In this document: positions 20,301-24,000 of the stretch, piece by piece
Numbering within the stretch: position 1 is the stretch's first letter
How the letters are laid out: each line of letters starts with the position of its first letter
Origin: an uncultured Oscillospiraceae bacterium
GTDB lineage: Bacteria; Bacillota; Clostridia; Oscillospirales; Ruminococcaceae
Direction: 5' to 3'
Assembly (NCBI GenBank): GCA_934466455.1
Contig: CAKSLF010000012.1
Coordinates: 27,939 to 51,938, forward strand
Length of the DNA: 24,000 nucleotides
Notes under the pieces: model-generated
What the model was told of the DNA's origin: nothing
The model's database searches: none
The model's input: the letters and a program-made list of their open reading frames with translations, nothing else
Translations under genes and position numbers: made by a program

Positions 20301-21122
20301 TCAATCGACCAGGCAGTTCATGGCTATACCAGTAGGCGTAACCAGGAACGGGTCTGCGGGTTTAATGGTCTTAATACCAACTGTATCTTCGAATATTTTC
20401 TCCATTCCGGTAAGGCAGCAAGTACCTCCGCAAAGATAGATGGTATCGATGTTATATTTGGATGTATATTTCTTTACGATAGTCGCCATCTTTTCAATTA
20501 CCGGTTTCACTATGGGAAGGATTTCCCTGTGACGAGAGTAATCCGTTTTTATCTTCTCGGCGTCCTCGAAAGGAATACCGTAACTTCCGGCAAGAACAAG
20601 AGAAAGATGAGTACCGCCCGTAGGCTCGTCGTCAACCTCTACAACCTTGCCGTCTTTGAAGATTGCAAGACCGGTGGTACCGCCGCCTATATCGACAACG
20701 ACTCCGTCGGTTATGCCATAGATGGAGTTGGCGGCAGTCGGCTCATCAAGGACATTTGTCACATCAAAACCGGCTCCCTCGACGCAATATTTATGTGTTT
20801 TTGTGCTGGATTCGGTGCCCGCAGGCATTGCGATTGCAGCATATTCAAGTTCTCTTCCAAGACGCTCTTCGAGCTTCTTTTTGAGTTTTCTTACTATGCC
20901 GCAAGCTCCCGCATAGTCAACTATTACGCCATCCTTAAGTACCTGTGCAAATTGCTTTTCACAGGCAACGGGATTGTTGTCCTCATCAAGCACCACAATA
21001 ACTATGTATGCGGTACCAAGGTCAACGCCAACCTTCAGCTTATCGGATACAGGCTTATGCACAACCGTTTCGGTTTCTGTAACACGAGCCATGTAAGCAT
21101 TGATTGTATCAAGATCAACCAT
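20301..21122 (-). CDS. eutJ: ethanolamine utilisation protein EutJ (actin/Hsp70-fold ATPase)
   Basis: KVGVDLGTAYIV (phosphate 1), VVDIGGGTTGLAIF (phosphate 2) and IYLCGGTCCLTG (adenosine motif). Confidence 0.92.
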   Translation of the reverse strand: MVDLDTINAYMARVTETETVVHKPVSDKLKVGVDLGTAYIVIVVLDEDNNPVACEKQFAQVLKDGVIVDYAGACGIVRKLKKKLEERLGRELEYAAIAMPAGTESSTKTHKYCVEGAGFDVTNVLDEPTAANSIYGITDGVVVDIGGGTTGLAIFKDGKVVEVDDEPTGGTHLSLVLAGSYGIPFEDAEKIKTDYSRHREILPIVKPVIEKMATIVKKYTSKYNIDTIYLCGGTCCLTGMEKIFEDTVGIKTIKPADPFLVTPTGIAMNCLVD

Positions 21123-21134
21123 TAAAGTACATCC

Positions 21135-21752
21135 TTATTTAATAATTTTGCCAAGTGCAAAACCTGCAATATGTGCGGCGCCGGCTTCGTCAACATCAAC
21201 ATGCATACGGGTACGGAATTTCGGAGAGACTCTGATAACGGTATCTTCGAAGACAAGCTTTCTGTCGGTAAGAGCTTCAACAGAAACTATCTGATTATCG
21301 ACAAGACCAAGTCTTTCCGCATCCTCGGGAGTCATGTGAACATGACGGAGCGCAACGATTGCGCCTTCGTCAATAGTAATCTCACCGTTAGGACCTACAA
21401 GTGTTACGCTTGCAGAGCCTTTGGTGTCGCCCGACTGTCTGATGGGCGGATTGATTCCAAGGGCAAAAGCATCGCTGAATGAGACCTCAACCTGCACATG
21501 CTTTCTCTCCGGACCGAGAACTGCGACATTTTTGAAAGAACCTTTCGGTCCGATAATGTCAACTCTCTCTTCTTCGAGATACTGTCCGGGCTGGCTAAGC
21601 TCTCTTTTTGGGGTAAGAGTATGACCTACGCCAAAAAGAACTTCTACGCTTTCCTTGTCCAGATGCACGTGTCTGGCGGAGACCTCTATCTGAACAAGTC
21701 CCGCAGTTCTGATTTCGTCAACAACTGCTTCTACGACTTTTTCTGCAGCCAT
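21135..21752 (-). CDS. pduL: phosphate propanoyl/acetyl-transferase PduL
   Basis: The two PduL repeats are VSARHVHLDKESVEVLFG and VALRHVHMTPEDAERLGL, with ...RVSPKFRTRMHVDVDEA. Confidence 0.93.
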   Translation of the reverse strand: MAAEKVVEAVVDEIRTAGLVQIEVSARHVHLDKESVEVLFGVGHTLTPKRELSQPGQYLEEERVDIIGPKGSFKNVAVLGPERKHVQVEVSFSDAFALGINPPIRQSGDTKGSASVTLVGPNGEITIDEGAIVALRHVHMTPEDAERLGLVDNQIVSVEALTDRKLVFEDTVIRVSPKFRTRMHVDVDEAGAAHIAGFALGKIIK

Positions 21753-21769
21753 GTGTCTCCTCCTATAAA

Positions 21770-22540
21770 TTATTTATATTCACCCGCCAAGTACATACAC
21801 ATCATAATGTGGAATGCACTCGAGAGGCGGTTGAGAGTCCTGATGATCTCGGGCTGTTTGACATTTTTTCCGTCAACAAAGCAATCGAGAGCAGCAAGCT
21901 CCAATTCACGCACTTTCGCACGGAGCATATTAAGCTTGGTGTAATCAACTCCCATAGTGTAGTTTGGGAGAAGCATCTGCTTAATATTAAAGTATTTCTG
22001 CGGGTTGTGGGAACGGGCACGAAGCTCATCGGGGGTAAGACCGATGATTTTAACCTCGCTCATTTCCTCCTCCATTACCTCACAGTACATAATCTGGTTA
22101 AGCACCTTATTGATGTCGCCCAGATCGTCTATAAGCTTCTGGGGGCCGCTGGAAGCAGCAATCTCCGCCTGTATCATAACGACAGTGGAGCTCATGCTGT
22201 CAAGCTTTCCGCGGAAAACTATCCTTGGATGATTTTTATAAACCAATCTATTACCGAAAAGCTGGCACATATATTCCGGCTTTTTAACATAGAAAGCTCC
22301 GGTTTGCTCATCAACATATTTTGCTCCGGCAGGAGTATCGCTGATGGCGGAAGCTTTGCTGTTGGATGATGCCGCAGGCGCAGGAGCAGCCGGCGGATCG
22401 CCAAACTCAACTTTAATTTTAAGCTGGTTCAGGTATTCCTTTGCGGCGGGAGAAAGGAGTTTGTCCTTCGGTACATAATATACGGGAGGGCATTCGCCTT
22501 TAAGCTCGTTGCGGAGCACCATCTCGGTAATGACCTTCAT
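21770..22540 (-). CDS. eutT: ethanolamine-utilisation cob(I)alamin adenosyltransferase (PduO-like core with N-terminal extension; Firmicutes 'EutT')
   Basis: HPRIVFRGKLDS..., ...LNMLRAKVRELELAAL... and ...TLNRLSSAFHIMMCMY parallel the PduO-type helices (G-x-x-DE, R-R-x-E-R and LNRLSD). Position in the operon fits. The family call is from memory. Confidence 0.75.
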   Translation of the reverse strand: MKVITEMVLRNELKGECPPVYYVPKDKLLSPAAKEYLNQLKIKVEFGDPPAAPAPAASSNSKASAISDTPAGAKYVDEQTGAFYVKKPEYMCQLFGNRLVYKNHPRIVFRGKLDSMSSTVVMIQAEIAASSGPQKLIDDLGDINKVLNQIMYCEVMEEEMSEVKIIGLTPDELRARSHNPQKYFNIKQMLLPNYTMGVDYTKLNMLRAKVRELELAALDCFVDGKNVKQPEIIRTLNRLSSAFHIMMCMYLAGEYK

Positions 22541-22587
22541 AATATCACCCCCATCTTTGTGTAGTTAAATTCTAAACTTCTTCAGAA

Positions 22588-22869
22588 TTATTCGATGGAC
22601 GGGAGGATATACTCGACCTCTTCATGAGGTCTGGGGATGACATGAGTAGAAATAAGCTCGCCAACACGGTCTGCAGCAGCTGCACCTGCATCGACAGCGG
22701 CTTTGGTAGCGCCGACATCACCGCGTACAAACACGGTTACGAGGGCGCCACCAACGATAACTCTGCCAATGAGGGTGACATTTGCGGCTTTAACCATAGC
22801 ATCGGCTGCTTCAATAGCTCCGACAAGACCTTTAGTCTCAATCATGCCAAGTGCTTGTTTCTCAGCCAT
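22588..22869 (-). CDS. eutM: BMC-H hexameric shell protein (EutM/PduA type)
   Basis: [35 protein letters not shown]...[17 protein letters not shown]...HVIPRPH is a canonical Pfam00936-type shell protein. Confidence 0.95.
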   Translation of the reverse strand: MAEKQALGMIETKGLVGAIEAADAMVKAANVTLIGRVIVGGALVTVFVRGDVGATKAAVDAGAAAADRVGELISTHVIPRPHEEVEYILPSIE

Positions 22870-22893
22870 CTTGTCTCCTCCTTAAAGGGTAAA

Positions 22894-23181
22894 TTATTCT
22901 TTGTCGAGATGCGGGAGGATGTATTCAACTTCCTCGTGGGGTCTCGGAATTACATGAACGGATTTGAGCTCGCCAACGCGGTCTGCAGCAGCAGCACCTG
23001 CATCGGTAGCAGCTTTGGTTGCACCAACATCTCCGCGTACGAAAACGGTTACAAGTCCGCCGCCAACATGTACTTTACCGATGAGGGTAACATTAGCAGC
23101 TTTAACCATGGCATCAGCAGCTTCAATTGCGCCGACAAGGCCTCTGGTTTCGATCATGCCCAGTGCTTGTTTATCAGTCAT
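22894..23181 (-). CDS. eutM: BMC-H hexameric shell protein (EutM/PduA type), tandem paralogue
   Basis: [62 protein letters not shown]... Confidence 0.95.
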   Translation of the reverse strand: MTDKQALGMIETRGLVGAIEAADAMVKAANVTLIGKVHVGGGLVTVFVRGDVGATKAATDAGAAAADRVGELKSVHVIPRPHEEVEYILPHLDKE

Positions 23182-23251
23182 TGTGTAGTACCTCCTTAAT
23201 TATTGGGGCCATGCCCCCTGGTTCTACTATATAGTATGGAAAAAACTCAAA

Positions 23252-24000
23252 TTAAAGCTTTTTCAGTGCGTCGATGACCATCTTTGCGATAGCATCAGCA
23301 TCAAGATTGTTCTCTTCAGCAGGTTTTTCCGCAAGATCCCAAGCTTCTCTTACACCGTAAGCAACACGGCGGAGGTTGATGAGGTTAAGCGGAGAAACAT
23401 TGTCGCTGGTGGCGGAACCGCCGACAGCACCGCAGCCAAGAGTAAGTGCGGGCATAAGGTTGGTGGTTGCGCCTACGCCGCCCTGAGAAGAAGAGGTGTT
23501 GACCAGAATACGGGATACGGGTTTCTTAAGAGCAAACTCACGGATAACATTTTCATCGTTAGTATGCATGGAAAGAGAATGTCCGATACCTACAAACTGG
23601 AGAAGCTGGATGCAGCGATCGCAGCAAGCACGCCAATCTTCCTCAAAATAGAGGGCAAGGCAGGGAGAAAGCTTCTCGATGGAGAAAGGATACTCATCGC
23701 CAACGCCTTTTTCGGGATAGCAAAGAACTCTGGTATCGGCAGGAACATCAATTCCGGCCATTGCAGCGATCTTGGTTGCAGGACGACCAACGATAGCAGG
23801 GTTTACGCTGCCCGGGCGTCTGGTGAAGATCTTGCAGAGTTTTGCGTATTCTTCATCGTTGAGGATGTATCCTTTTTCAGCCTTGACGGCTTCAATAACC
23901 TGATCCTTTATGCAGTTTTCTGCAACGATAGACTGCTCGGATGCGCAGATAACGCCGTTATCGAAAGTTTTGGAAGCAAAGATTCTCTTAACAGCAAGTT
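23252..24000 (-). CDS. eutE: acetaldehyde dehydrogenase (acetylating) EutE, C-terminal part (runs off the window)
   Basis: The tracked ORF starts at an internal Met (23761). My translation of 24000..23762 in the same frame is open: LAVKRIFASKTFDNGVICASEQSIVAEN..., with the catalytic Cys motif. It continues through ...TLGCGAVGGSATSDNVSPLNLINLRRVAY. Confidence 0.9.
   Translation of the reverse strand, partial: LAVKRIFASKTFDNGVICASEQSIVAENCIKDQVIEAVKAEKGYILNDEEYAKLCKIFTRRPGSVNPAIVGRPATKIAAMAGIDVPADTRVLCYPEKGVGDEYPFSIEKLSPCLALYFEEDWRACCDRCIQLLQFVGIGHSLSMHTNDENVIREFALKKPVSRILVNTSSSQGGVGATTNLMPALTLGCGAVGGSATSDNVSPLNLINLRRVAYGVREAWDLAEKPAEENNLDADAIAKMVIDALKKL

Noticed and set aside
17156-24000. The eut microcompartment cluster as the 'novel system'.
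   Set aside because: Gene content and order (eutE, two BMC-H genes, adenosyltransferase, pduL, eutJ, eutN, eutH, eutQ) match the well-described long Firmicutes eut operon. Only the 249-aa hypothetical protein and the shared 45-aa module merit follow-up.

Overview
This looks like a Firmicutes/Clostridia-type chromosomal segment, judged from gene content and order; I ran no database search. Every gene I can support is on the minus strand.

Layout, left to right in + coordinates:
- **1-683:** start of the dcw cluster (mraZ, 5' end of rsmH), with a textbook-looking triple MraZ box.
- **977-2270:** three small accessory genes (TfoX-like, SAM methyltransferase, GNAT).
- **2330-6134:** coiled-coil protein, coaD, rsmD, uvrC, ptsH.
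- **6284-10581:** the SRP/ribosome-maturation operon ylxM-ffh-rpsP-KH-rimM-trmD, followed by a DUF554 membrane protein.
- **10660-16230:** an accessory, partly decayed segment.
- **16229-17056:** an amidohydrolase.
- **17156-24000:** the distal half of a canonical ethanolamine-utilisation (eut) microcompartment operon: eutE(partial)-eutM-eutM-eutT-like-pduL-eutJ-hypothetical-eutN-eutH-eutQ.

The unusual part is 11.9-15.8 kb. Four head-to-tail minus-strand open frames join into one ~1,085-codon ORF if one A is added at each of two poly-A tracts and one in-frame TAA is ignored. The reconstructed ORF reads: membrane segments derived from an acyltransferase-3 gene, then nuclease-like module X, linker, module Y, linker, X again, linker, module Z. 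Modules X and Y resemble, from memory only, the small BECR-fold nuclease-like domains of polyvalent proteins from conjugative elements and phages.

- The X module and its tail occur as a 546-bp direct repeat offset by 1,450 bp. The core has 2 mismatches in 380 bp; the tail has 10 in 166 bp.
- The upstream acyltransferase-3 gene is itself broken by two in-frame stops and a frameshift.
- Two related intergenic elements, both + oriented and both ending in a hairpin, bracket the segment.

I see no tRNA, rRNA, CRISPR array, integrase or transposase. The housekeeping and eut parts look ordinary. The broken multi-module locus is the only candidate for something undescribed, and gene decay is the most economical explanation.
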